A DNA stretch of 63,229 nt, the filler included, from Folioceros fuciformis (lineage: Eukaryota): assembly GCA_049999805.1 (NCBI GenBank). It is 11 parts of 11 records of this genome, joined end to end, with 100 filler letters (N's around TTAATTAATTAA, not from the genome) between each part and the next. Parts side by side here need not be neighbours in the genome. Positions count along the whole stretch, not along the records: positions 36,418 to 39,575 come from JBNGIO010003417.1; positions 39,676 to 42,860 come from JBNGIO010003418.1; positions 42,961 to 49,880 come from JBNGIO010003419.1; 8 more parts are not named here. One strand, given 5' to 3'. The number at the start of each line of letters is the position of its first letter. The first letter of the stretch is position 1. Shown here piece after piece: positions 37,199-49,693 of the stretch. Under the pieces are notes generated by a model. It worked only from the letters and a program-made list of their open reading frames with translations. It was not told the DNA's origin and ran no database searches. Position numbers and translations under genes: made by a program.

Positions 37199-37319
37199 GA
37201 TCTTGATTCCCGAAAGAAGCTGAACAACATCTGATTCAAGCTTTATGTCCGCCGGGTGCTCATCATAGACAACCGTGAGGAACTCATTCCTTTGTTTTTA
37301 TCGAACGTCGGTCAAGGCC
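37199..37319 (+). pseudogene. Short HSP90 middle-domain gene fragment with in-frame stop
   Basis: Translates DLDSRKKLNNI*FKLYVRRVLIIDNREELIPLFLS, matching the cytosolic HSP90 signature [32 protein letters not shown]. No other HSP90 sequence was recognised in the flanks. Confidence 0.8.
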
Positions 37320-39014
37320 AGTATGGGTCAGAGCAATCCTACGTTGTGGGGCACACTGCCTGCACTCCAATAGCACCCACCTGCTCTGAACATGATACTT
37401 CTCAGGATGTCGACGGACTTTCTGGATACGTCTACGATCGCACTCCAGAAACATGTGTAGGGGATGGCCACTTACCAGGATAGGGTTGCACAGCACGCAG
37501 AACAGACAGGTCTTGTCAAGGGTGTGGCCACCCACCAATTGATATAGGCCAGGAGAGAGCGTTGTCTTGAACAGCGAAGATTGACAAGTGCTATTAGCAC
37601 GCACTGTGGGAGCCTCTTTCAGTACCCGACCCCTGGTGGCCTCGACTTCGGACTTGGGGTTTATTCCTGGTTGAAGGTACTTCTGATTCGCACACATTTC
37701 CGGATGATGATGCTATTGCTGCCCCAGTCACCCAAGTTTCTCCAAAACTTGCTATCCCTATGCCGACCATTTCTCGTGGTTATCACACTTTCCCCACCAA
37801 GTCGAAGAGTCAGCACAAATAGTCACACTCCCACACTCATGCGACACTGCATATGACAGATCTACTTACACAAAAGAAGTAAGACTCGTTCATAGCAAAA
37901 TTTAGGCAAGAAACGCTTCCCCAAAGCCCGCAACCAAGGCAATTCTGGACCATAGATGNNNNNNNNNNNNNNNNNNNNNNNNNNNNNNNNNNNNNNNNNN
38001 NNNNNNNNNNNNNNNNNNNNNNNNNNNNNNNNNNNNNNNNNNNNNNNNNNNNNNNNNNAGATGCATCGCAAGCTTTTTGATAGAGAAAATTTCGTTGGGA
38101 ATTGAACAAACAGTAGCCTTACTCAAACACGAATCCCCAAGTTGAAACAGAAGTGCGATGCACGAAGCTGTCTCTCATCTTGTCACCAAGCCTTGTTCCT
38201 GTGCGGAGATATGGAGCAATTCTGAATCAAGCTGCATATCTCTTCGTCAAGTCCTTTCATGGGTGTGTAGACAGACAAAGATATTTTGGAAATGAGTTAA
38301 GGGGCGTGAAGTTCTTCTACAACATTGTATGTACATAGTTCTGGCAACCACGTCCTTCATTGGAGGGCACTTTCTTGATCCATGTGAGGTTGGAGGATTC
38401 CCTTTGCCTTCTGGCGATGTGCGTTCACACGTAACGATCGAGCTGACTTTACGATGTTCCGTTTTTTTCATGCGTTTTCGCAAGAGTTTCTCTGTGGCCT
38501 GTGTTACTGCGCACTGTGGTACCATTCGATGCAGAAAGTACGGACGTGACTGCCAGCCTACGGTGTTTGGGGATGAGAATAAAAGTCGCTCCACAGAAGA
38601 CCGCAAGTTGACCGCGTCTCGGGCAGCCGTGACAGCATCGGAACCGAGCTGGAAGTGCAGTGCAGACCTTGTAGTGCAAGTTGCTGTCTTCCCATGTGGA
38701 CGGAGTGACGTTTACTCGTAATTGCGGGCAAGGCGTGCGGACGTTTCCTGAGTGCAGGCTGGAGCGCCGCTGTCTACGCATCAGATGTACCTGCACGTCT
38801 TGTAGTAGCCTACGAGGCATCCAGCACCCGGCTTTTGTGTGCTCGTAGTGGCGGCTTTTCCCACACCCTGCTCACAGTTCAATCTTCTCCTTGCGGTCTT
38901 CCTGATATAAGGTCATCGCCTTCGTACTCGGAATGTGCCTCTGAATCGGCATTGTCACTCAATCTGCGCTCGTTTTGCTTTGCTGCCTCGAGGCTGTCTA
39001 CCTAGGTGCGGACG

Positions 39015-39548
39015 ATGGGCACAGGAGCCGTAGCAGTTGGATCTGGGCAGGCACCGGTGCACTCTGGGCCTGAATCAAGCCCGCAGTTCCCTGGGGCTGT
39101 CCCGGTATACACTCAGACCCAAGCCACCCCGCAGGCGCCGCCCGTCTCCGGTTTCGCGCTGACGGGTGTCGGCGCTGTGTCGACCTTGGACTTAGGGCTG
39201 CGCTTCCTCAGCTTAGTGCTGGCGACCGTCAGTCTCTCAATCATCGCCTCAATCCGCTCGGGCGGCGTCTCTGCCTTGGATTACCGTTGCTTTCAGTGAG
39301 AAACGTCCTACCGCTCCTGGGTCTATATCGACGCGGCTTTTCTGTGTGCAGTGCGGAGCTTGTTGCGTGACCCTGTGCATTGTTGGCGCCGTTAGCTGAC
39401 CCCAGCTGTTTGTTTGCAACGTGTTTTCAGGTTCATTGTGGCGGCCAGCGCCATGGTTCTTGCGTACGAGGCCGTGCTCATCGGACTTAGTTTCTTGGGC
39501 GCCTTGGCTACGCCAGGCGTGTGGACAGTCGTCTTCGTTGCTGATCAG
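39015..39548 (+). CDS. CASP-like (DUF588/MARVEL) membrane protein, 3'-truncated; exons 39015-39295 and 39431-39548
   Basis: TM1 LDLGLRFLSLVLATVSLSIIA; Y..F.|FIVAASAMVLAYE; TM3 ending VVFVADQ|; intron positions typical of CASPL genes. Confidence 0.8.
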
Positions 39549-40114
39549 GTGGGTGACACAGTTCTTGTGCACAGCNNNNNNNNNNNNNNNNNNNNNNNNN
39601 NNNNNNNNNNNNNNNNNNNTTAATTAATTAANNNNNNNNNNNNNNNNNNNNNNNNNNNNNNNNNNNNNNNNNNNNACCTTTCTACTTTTAACTTTCACCT
39701 TATTTCACTTATGCCATTACTCGGCCTCCCTCTCTTTACCGTACGTACTCAAAATTTAAAAATACATATCGGGTCAATGAAATTAAACCCTTGACCACCA
39801 CTGCGAGAAGGCGATGCAGGGGCGGACGGATGCTTTGTTTGATATATTATTATGTCATGATGTGAGCTTTGACGCCTTGTGACAAAGTTGTCGTTTCCCA
39901 GGAGCTTGGGTCCAGAGGAAAAGTACAGCAGAGAGCCGGCAGATATCCGCCTCCATGTACCGGATAATGTGAGTCCGTGCCTGACGTAAATGTTCCCGGG
40001 AAGGGTGAGTGATGCGCTTGTGCGCTCGCGGTTTGAAGAGCGCAGACGAAGTCCGTATGCGTGGAGTTTGCTTGATGGTGGATTACGTTTTTGTGGTTTC
40101 GTGGAAAGAGGACG

Positions 40115-41383
40115 ATGGAGCTAGTGGCAGCTGCAATGTGGTGGAATGTTCTGGTACTCGTGTTGTTGGAGAGTGCTTCCTCCTGCGTCGTCGCAATGAA
40201 TAGTACTGATGTGAGCAGCCTTGGGTGGGATAGCCCGTTGTATATCCTCACTGTTGGGGGAACGTATGGCTGGAACAGACCACTCAACGGGACCGTCTTC
40301 TACGAGTGGGTGGATCGGAGCATGCCGGACTCTGCAATTGGAAATATGTTAGCTCGGAGCTCTCGTCCTGCCAGTCTGGATTTGGGTCTACAGTGCAGGA
40401 TGGCACAACTCCAGTTTGGCTCACCGTGGAGCCGTGGCCAGAGTCTTCAGGTCCGATCCGTGCTCTCACAGTAGCGTCGTTGTCTTCATCACCAGCGACC
40501 CGTCCGTTGCTGCTGAAAACATATGCCAGAACAATGTGGTAGGGTCATCTTGGGGGAGCAACCACTTCACCACTTACGTCAGCCTCATCTTGCTCAAGGC
40601 TGGGGTCAAGTACTGGTTTGTGTCAGGGTATGGAGGGGACTATAATTCTGGGATGGCATTCAAGGTCACAGTAGGGAGTCAGGAACCAGGCCCTGTGCCT
40701 GATGTCGGACAGAGGGATGTCGGCGTTCCCTACAACGTGGAGTATTGTGATACCATTGGGGTGCAGGTTTCTGATTTCGGCTCCATTATAGCACAGCAGC
40801 CCGTCTCGTCTTCCAATGCAAGGAGGTACTTCAAAGGAGATGCTTTGAGTTAATAGATTTGTGTCCGACAGGCTTCAGCTCTGTCTGAGTGCAGAAGCCG
40901 GTTTAACAGGACGTCAATCATGGTTGTTTCTGCACTGCAGGTATCGCATTCTTTGAGTACAACACACTTTTGGTGATTACAAATTCGGGGGATGGAGCTT
41001 CCTGCCACGATTTTAATCGTACACGGCTTTCTATTATCGGTGGACAGTCCAAGAATTCCTTCAAGTTGATTTATTTCAGTGTGTTTCTCGTATCCGATGA
41101 TGATCACTACGCCTACTTCTTATCGACCACCCAGGGCTGCGATGAAGGCATCAAAATAGTAGACCTCTCCATTCGAAATGATGCCTTAGGTCGGAGCTGC
41201 CCTAACCTATCTGGGAGCATTCTTGTTTTCACCAGGGACACCACCTCAATTGGCCCAGAATCCGGCACCGCCGCACATCTGTTCATCTGCCTTAGGTTGG
41301 AACTGCCTGGCGTTCATCTGTCCACAAGCGAGCAGATTGTCCGCAATACTAGGTTTGGTTACTACCGGCTTTCAATGTGTTAG
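40115..41383 (+). CDS. Divergent phytocyanin/early-nodulin-like protein with two cupredoxin-like domains (possible pseudogene); exons about 40115-40347, 40442-40848, 40941-41383
   Basis: Signal peptide; TVGGTYGW.RP.N...Y.W; HSSVVV...C; GVKYWFVSG.GGD..SGMAFKVTV; second unit YFKGDAL|...SC...YAYFLST..GC..GIKI. Splice sites are inferred. Confidence 0.55.
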
Positions 41384-41649
41384 AAACATGCATGTTTCGT
41401 TCCTGTTCAGTGAAGAAAAGGGTGGTGGCTCGCAGGTTACAAACTACTGCTCGCCTCTTCCTGTCTCTTCTCTATTCATCTCTTTGTGGTGTGATCATGA
41501 TTGGACGGTACAAGACTTCACAGCTGAATGACAGATGTAGACACAGTGCATTTGTATGTTTCATCGTGGTGTGTACTTACTTTCGGATTGTGCTACAGTA
41601 TTGTTGAACTTTGCGAGTTGGAAGCACTCTTTCCCTCTCGTCCCTTCTC

Positions 41650-42333
41650 CAAATAACTAGCGTATTTGAAGATCCCACAACTTGGACTCTACTTCAATCG
41701 AGGTCGATGCTGAGCTTACCGCAATCTCTTCCCTTGTGCTAGTAGCTAAATGCTTCGACCGCATCACTGAACTGGGTTTAGGGTGGTTGGTCTTGGACTG
41801 TGATTTCCTATTGGTGGGGTTCGATGTGGTCAAGTTTGCTCCAGAAGACTTGCAGTTCTGAAACTCGGCTTTTGCTTTTGCGACACCAACTCCCTTCCCG
41901 TGAACAACCTGCATCTCTGAGAGTTAAAGCTTTCTTCAACCTGTCACCCTCTATCTTTCGGCTTAAGTCTTGTCATCGTACGCCCTGAAGGAAAGACGTC
42001 GATTCTTACTTCGTTCAGCTTCTCGCCTTGCTACCCGAGCCTTTCAGGAAGGATCCATGTCCTTTCTGCATAGGATGTGACTCGCTCACGATCTTCTTGG
42101 CAAAGGCCCAGGAGTTGCTCCTGCCAGACACGCCGCAACGTAGGACTTCTGAGCCTGGCAAGCATGCACAGCACAACCTAGGCCAATGAAGTTGGTCAAC
42201 GTCTGGCAGTGTCTTGTACCATGTTCCTGCCTCCCCGGACACGAAGTGAGTTGGGAAAACGTTTGAGATGCTTCCTCTCGACAGCCATGACCCGGGACTT
42301 CTGAAATTAGCAAGATGCGGCTCATAACGATAA
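41650..42333 (-). mobile_element. Gypsy-like gag remnant (degenerate)
   Basis: EAGTWYKTLP...W..L resembles the retrotransposon gag A..W...LP....W motif; frameshifted. Confidence 0.4.
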
Positions 42334-43915
42334 NNNNNNNNNNNNNNNNNNNNNNNNNNNNNNNNNNNNNNNNNNNNNNNNNNNNNNNNNNNNNNNNNNN
42401 NNNNNNNNNNNNNNNNNNNNNNNNNNNNNNNNNGGGTTAGACCTGAGACATGCCTTCCAAGAGACTGGGATACTATTTTTAAATAATATAATATTGTTTT
42501 TTTAAAATTCTGTCACATACCCCTTCCCTGGATACGATCCATAATCCTGTAATGAATCACAACTCCTGGTAAGGTCTCACTTCATTTGTTCAGAAACAGA
42601 GTGGTGCGAACGAAATGCCATGACCGGGGGGCACGAGATCTGGTGTTGGCGCGGGTGCCGTGTGCGCGATAGCACTTGGACTCTACCTCCAGTGGCGAAT
42701 TCCGGGTGCGTCTGATGGTGCCGAGACCGTGTGCTCATTACGTGATGGACTGGTGCGCTGCCGGGTTTGAAATTAGCGGCCCTCGGATCCATAAAATGGG
42801 GAGTCTCCTTGACAGGGAAACACGCTTGTGTTTGGCTTTGTGGCTTGAGCAAGATGGAGCNNNNNNNNNNNNNNNNNNNNNNNNNNNNNNNNNNNNNNNN
42901 NNNNTTAATTAATTAANNNNNNNNNNNNNNNNNNNNNNNNNNNNNNNNNNNNNNNNNNNNAGTAAAGGGCTTTTCAAATTCAAGGTGGTGAAGGGGACTT
43001 TCACGGCATGCTCATTGATTTTTTTTGGTTTAGGATTTGGTTAAAATCCTATTTATTTTTCAAGTGAAAAATCATATATTCTTCTTTCTTTTTTCAAGAC
43101 TTTTCTGAAAGTGTTTGTTAATTTAATTATGGATTCAAACTCGTGCAGAAAATGGTTTTAACATCATTTTGGGAGGCAAAGGTTTTTCAAGTAGAAAGGG
43201 GTTATGGCTAATATTCCATTTATTTTTCAAGAAAACTTTTATAAGGGTTTTTTTTAATTTAATTATAAACTCTGCTCNNNNNNNNNNNNNNNNNNNNNNN
43301 NNNNNNNNNNNNNNNNNNNNNNNNNNNNNNNNNNNNNNNNNNNNNNNNNNNNNNNNNNNNNNNNNNNNNNNNNNNNNCTGCTCATAGTTATTTTGTTACT
43401 CCGTGACAAATTCATGATGAAATTATTTTTTATTTCAATAATAAAAAATAAACGGTAAAACACAACTAAGGGGTACCTTAGTTGTGGGCCAAGGTGTTGA
43501 AGGGAGCAACAAAAGGTAAAAGTAGATCAAGCACACGAAGTATGTGTACAATCACGTGCACAAGAAAGTTCAAAATTGACTTATTTTATATACCTTATAA
43601 AATTGTCCGTTTTATCCAACACTACAGACAGATGACCTAACAATGATTAAACGCGGGCGTCCCCGACCTCAACCAGACATGAAGGTTGAATTTGGTCAAA
43701 GTTTCGGAGCCCAAGTAACTACCCAAAAAAGTTGTACTGATTGTGTCATTTGGCCGTCAGAGCAAGAGCAGTCAGAATCGGGACGTGCATGGGATTGCTT
43801 TCAAACGAGGGGAGGGGCAAAAGACGCTTATGGCGTTTGGATGTTAACCAGGCTGCACCGACACGTGCATCTACTTTCGCGTGCTTTACATGGTTTCCCA
43901 CAGAAGGCATACGTC

Positions 43916-46900
43916 TCAGGCAGAGCCCACGTGAGGGCACACCATGACAGACTTCCCTGGCACAGGGGGACTTCGTCGCTCTTGTCGACCTCCACCCTGC
44001 TTCAGTTCCACATTATGCTCTGCATCACCCACAACCAACACAGTTTTTCCTGTTGATGGAGGGGCAGGTTTCAGAGGCGCTTTCACACTATCCACATGTT
44101 TCCCACTGCCCTCCTGCTCAGCGGCCTCCAATTGTGCTATCTCATCCGGAAAGTTCAGACGGGCTCCTCTTCCACACTTCCTATACACCATTTTATCATA
44201 AGCACGTGCTGCCACCTCTGGAGAATCAAAAATTCCAATGTAGATGTGCTTTCTTGTTTTCGGCTCATACATCTTCACCTTGAAACGTCCACTCGGTGTG
44301 ACCTGCACACCTACATAGGGAGATTTGCTTGGCTTAGGAGTGAGGGACAAGTTGCTATAACTATCTTTTCCCTTACTGGCTGGTCCTTCGCTTTGGCAAG
44401 ATGTCCTTGAGTCTGTTGGCACCTCCGGTGTGTCGTCAAGAGATTGGTGGCTGTCTTTCCCTCTCTCTGACATCGCCCGCCGCTTAGATGTTGTCTTGTA
44501 CACCTTCGCATACTGAGAATCCACGTAATAATCACCATCAACAACAAAAGCTTGTCTTAATGCTCTTTGTGATCCTTTCCCTGATCCTGATGCTGACCCC
44601 CGCCTCTTGTCAGGAACCTTTGCCTTTTCACAGCTTTCTCTGCTACTTGGTCTGGCGATATTTCCACTGGGCTTCTTACTTAATTTTGCCACCTCTGTAG
44701 GAGGAGAATCTAATGAATGCCTGACTAAGCACTTATCATTATTCTGTGTAGGAATTGTAGCCTCCAATTCGGACCCATGATCTTCTGATTCCTTTTTTTC
44801 TACCGTTGAATTAGGCAGTGGACCACCGCCCTCCACCTCCCTCCCAGAGGCCATCTGGAAATCATCTCCTAAACCTCTGCCTGGCAAGCGTTCTGCCAAC
44901 CACGATGCAATCTGATCCTGCTCCTTATTCTTGTCTTTCTCGCCCTTATTGTCCTTGGAGGACTGTGAAATGTAGGACATATCCTGCGAACTGGTAGCAC
45001 TTGCTGCATTATCAGTTAATGTCTTCTCACTTCCTGATATACCATGCCCTTCACTTGAACTCTCATCCAGCAAACCACTTGTTCTCAAGGAACCGGACTT
45101 TTCACTATTGGTGACCTGTCCTTCAGAAATTCTATCAGAATGTCGATCCTCTGTGGCTCCATGACTATGGTGATCGCTTCCCTCCCTAAGGCATTGGCTG
45201 TCATGACGTGGTTCACCAGAGAAAACCACGGCATTTAGTGTCGACTGATCCTCAACTTTCAGATGTGAAGCCAAGATGGCTGATGTTTCCTTCATACCAC
45301 ACAAGTTGACCTCCACCTGATTTACACTAATCTCGTGTCTTGGTGTTGTGCTCAGAAGTACATATTTTTCTGACACCAGGCAACTTTCACTGCTATTATT
45401 ATCCTTGGCTCCTCTGACACTAGTTGCACGCAGATTTGCAACTCCATTCGTACCCTCAGCTACATCGTCTTGCACCGAGAGCAAACTATCGGCAGCCTCC
45501 CCCTCCCAGCTTGAAAATTCAGGGCAGCGACCCCCTGTTACTGGAACATCTGTGACCAACTGATCCACCATGGTTCCTGCGAGGTCGGGGACACAAACAA
45601 TACCTTTGGACCGGGCCTTTTCCTCAGGTCTTCCGTTCAGGTCTTTGCCATCTGCTGTTGTCCTATGCGGACAAGAAGGACTAGAATGTTTGGAGCCAAG
45701 CTTTCCACAGCCGCCATTTTCATTCTTCCGGACATGTACATCAGCGCCAGTTTGGCTGAAATCACCTCTCAAGATCACTCGTGAATCTCCATTCACTTCT
45801 TGCACAATGTCCTTCCGCCCATGCACAGTTGAATTCACTGTCTGCACGTCACTTGGATGATTCTCATCACCTTGAGTTGAGTGTGGTCTCTTGTCAAAGG
45901 CTTCAACAGGGGCAGCATTCAAATATCCCATGTTCTGTGGCTGGTCCTCCACTAGTAACGAACAGCCAGGGGATACAACAATCTTGTTCACCTTGCTAGC
46001 CGTGCTTAACGAAGTATCATCTACACTTGACGCATTCAACAACTTCCGCTTCCTTGAAGCGTCTTGCGGAATAACAGAGAGCTCATTACACAGTTCAGTT
46101 GCTTGGGAACCAGCCACGCCACCTGTTTCCACTGTAGACGGTAAAGAGTCGTCTTCTGATTCCTCCCTGACAAAATTGGTCTTAGCTCTCTTGCCCCGAA
46201 ACATGCGTGCTGCATCATCATAGGCATGAGCAGCTGCTTCCTCGGTGTCAAATGTTCCCAGCCATAACCGCTTTCCATCTGGAGTTCGAATCTCTGCGCC
46301 AAATGCACCCCATGGCCTCTTTCGTACACCCACAAACTTGGAGAAAAAGATACGCCTACCATGACTTTTCCCTGTACTTGAGAGTTCCTTTAGAGATGAG
46401 ATAGCTTTCTTCATCGCTGAGAATTTATTTTCATGTACTGAGCACAGTAAACCCATGGTTGTCATATCCAGGCCTCCAATGTCGATGATGGTTGGAAGGT
46501 GAATTTGGTGCTGGTTTACCTTAGACACCGTTCCCTTTACCTGTGATACATAGGGCAAACATGCCAGGCCCACTCTAGTCAAATCCATTGAGCCGATGTC
46601 TACACAGCAAGGAACCGAAAGAGGCACACCATGCTTCCTTTTGTCTTGCGAAAGTGTGATGCCGGTATTTTCTGTTCTATGCTGTGCTGTTCTCAGTGGT
46701 GAAACTGCACAAGCCTTGTTAGTAATACAAGGCGTAACCATTGTGCAATTTTCCAGACTTGCAGCTCCCGATTGCTTTTCTTGAAAGCCCTTGACTACTA
46801 GGGATCCAGGTGCTCTCCGTTGCAACTTTTCTCCATTTGAAGATGGCATGCTTTTACCTCTGTAGAGTGTAAGCATTTTTTTCCTGGCTGAAGACAGCAC

Positions 46901-49693
46901 ATCCAGGTCGGGGAGGTTCCCTGCCTGTTTGACCTGTGCATGTTCCTTATGGGGGACCTCGGTTCCTTGACTTTGGTGATCTGGAGGCAGGCCTTTCGGT
47001 GCCACTTGATTCACAAGGTGTTTCCCTGGAGAGTCAAACTGCATAATGACTGGCGCGTCAACCACCTCCACATGGTGAGCCACTGTTGCAGCCAAAACCA
47101 TCAGCGTATATTCACCACTCGCATTCTTCTCTGGATGCAGCAATTTTGATGAAACTTGAGGTGATGTCACATGGGCGGGAACCTTGTGCATCTGACAGAA
47201 TCTGTAACAGGCATGCACAAAGACTGTGTCAGAGAGTGCGCGTAACCGTGAGACACAATCCATGCAGGGTAAACAGCACCGACTTGGTTGCTTTGAACAT
47301 TCAAAGCCTTTTTGGAGTTGATGACAGAGATAACCTGACTTAAGGAAGACCTACTCATGCAGCATCCCACAATTCCTCAACAAAAGACAGGAGACTTGAA
47401 AATAACCAGTGTGCATTTACCCTTGCGTACAGACGAAGGGCCTGGCCAAGGATACCATCAGCCTGACACTGTTCAAGGGTCTTCAGAAGTAGCAGAAACA
47501 GACCTGGTGTCTCGAGTGCTCAGGAATACAGAAAACTTGCAACGGCTTTGTGTAGAGTTGTCAATGTATTCACATTGTCTGTAGGGAGCAGAAGAGTCCT
47601 CGAGAATATGCTGCATGCAGAATTCATATCCATGCACAGCATACTGCAGGCATCTTTGCTTGTCTGACTGACAGAAAAGGGTGCCGTTAGGGGAAGACAA
47701 TTTATGCCCTCCCTTGAACTGGACTCGGAAGCTGTTGGGATTGTAAGAACGCAGGTGAAATCCTTCATTCCCTGCAGATTTGACAAAGTCATTTGAAGGA
47801 CTGCCTTTTGTGCCATTCAAGCTATCTTTTGCTTTATCACTTTCATCTGCTGCTAGCAAACACTTGGCACTTTGTTGACTACAAAGGGCACCAACTTCAG
47901 CTTTTGCTGTTGTAAGCAAATTCATATCAGTCCTTTTCTGAGGCTTCCTTGATTTCTTCCAGCTGAGAGGTTCGCCTTGACTCTCTTCCAAATCCTCCGA
48001 CTTCTCCTCTTTTGAGCAACCTAATTCGGCCTCAACAAATTTGCGCTTGCGTCCAGAATTTTCATTATTCAGGAGTAGACTTGCAATCGACTCTGAGGGT
48101 GTGTCGGTTTCCAAAGAATATTCTACCTGCATGGTGTTCCACAATAAGTTTCAGTTCTGCAGGGCAAAATCTTCCAGTACCACTCAGCTTTGAGATGAGA
48201 TCTATCTCACCTCCTGCGAATGGATACCCTTCATCTTGTTCCGAGAGAGAAACCTGACCTTGAACAGGTCAGCTGATATAATTTCAAAGAGTAATACATC
48301 CCCAATTTCTCCATCGTGATGCCCGACAAAAGCTGGCCATCCATTTGTAAGCGCAAGTCTGCGCCCAGATTGCTCCCAGGCGCTCCAATCAGTCTTCCAC
48401 CTGTGGCCCTGTGAATCCTCAAGAGTAACCTGCCCCTTTGATCCTTGGAGGAAAGTAGACATGAACATGACAGGGAAGCACTGCAGCAGGATGATGCTGT
48501 TAACATTCAGATTGAAAACCAGGAAAGGTGTTCACATTGTATGCTTCGTGTGTCATGAAGCGTACAAGCTGACAAAATTGTCTAGATTTTCATCAAACAG
48601 CAGAGCTGAGTGAAAGAGATTTACCAACTTCCCATTTGGACCGATTGATCTGCGCTGAAGAGCCCTTGCAAAAGATGGACTCTTGGTGACGACATCTCGG
48701 ACAAGCCTTGTGACCATCTTTCTGTTTGGGCTAAGGCGCCCTTCCCCAATGTAAGGGACATAACCTTGCTTGCAAACCCTTGGCAAGTCTGTTTTCAAAC
48801 GACGACTACCACCCACAGATGCCTTCACTTGATAGGGTTTCTCATTTACGCCCTGAAGATGCAATGGGCACCAGAATCCACTTAGACCTTATTGATGACA
48901 CTGTCAAAAAGCTGCCTCGCTTGAAACAAACGTTTTCTTAGACTCAACAATGTCAAGGAGGCATACAGTGGCCACAAAGGGGTCTGTCAAATACCCTTGT
49001 CTTTTTAGCAGGAAGCGACCAGCCCTGTTTTGTCCAATTCAGATGCAACCTCGTGCGCAGGTCATCTGTCAGTTCAATTTTCCTCGAGCCATGGCAAGAT
49101 GAGACCTGCTTCATATCCACAGACCCAAAATGAGAACCTGCTGGCCCTAGCACATTCTCCAGCTCGATTGTCTTCTGGCACTCAATTTGACCGGAGCCTT
49201 ACCAGAACCTTCTTCCTCCCAGAATCCAAAACAATCCGTCCTGGCCACCAGCAGTTATCTGTGTATACGTCCACAAGATCACCGGCCTCCCATTCCTCTT
49301 TCAGAAGCCTCACCTTCCTGGGAACTCCGTCGCGGGACACAGACATGATCTCATCTGGAGGCTTGGGTCGAATAGATGGGTTGTGATAACCATCCTTGCA
49401 GTCATAACCAGAATCTTCATGCGTGATCCACTCACTAGCTGCCGAGCCAGGAGCACAGACAGTTAGATGCCCTCGCAGGTTCTGAGACGATCGTACAAAG
49501 ATTTATATCAAATCTAAGACCTCCTGTCACAACAGCGAGTGCCCACATGCATATACATCAACAAAAGTTGAGAACGCCTTGTTAACGACAAGAACCAGCT
49601 TGACAAACGGTGAAATGAAGACTCACGCTCGTCTGGAACACAGGGGTAGCACACGTAATACCGGACTTCCTTTTGCCTGTCCACTTTCAAAAC
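43916..49693 (-). CDS. Multidomain chromatin/transcription protein Agenet-Agenet-B3-zf-C3Hc3H-AP2-AP2, at least 1590 aa, 5'-truncated; exons 49693-49627, 49438-49203, 49105-48995, 48852-48625, 48480-48259, 48126-47504, 47201-43916
   Basis: Agenet: IRPKPP...[20 protein letters not shown]...LRTRLHLNW...W. B3: PSFARAL...L.FP..F...VTLED..G.RW...W...[12 protein letters not shown]....GDVLLF. zf-C3Hc3H: C.....C..YA..G..FC..HILED..APY.QC.Y.......C...RFC..H. AP2-1: [17 protein letters not shown]...[17 protein letters not shown]...RG..AKTNF. AP2-2: YVGV...SGRF......[18 protein letters not shown]......G..A.LNFP. All six introns are GT-AG and frame compatible. Confidence 0.8.

Noticed and set aside
23765-41383. 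Biosynthetic gene cluster (diterpene synthase + glycosyltransferase + CASPL + phytocyanin)
   Set aside because: Only the synthase and the glycosyltransferase share a scaffold. The latter is a conserved membrane-anchored GT4, not a family-1 UGT, and no P450 is visible.
43461-43486. 11-bp-stem hairpin CACAACTAAGG-GGTA-CCTTAGTTGTG as a terminator or Helitron end
   Set aside because: Eukaryotic context and no CTRR end at the expected distance; its function cannot be supported.
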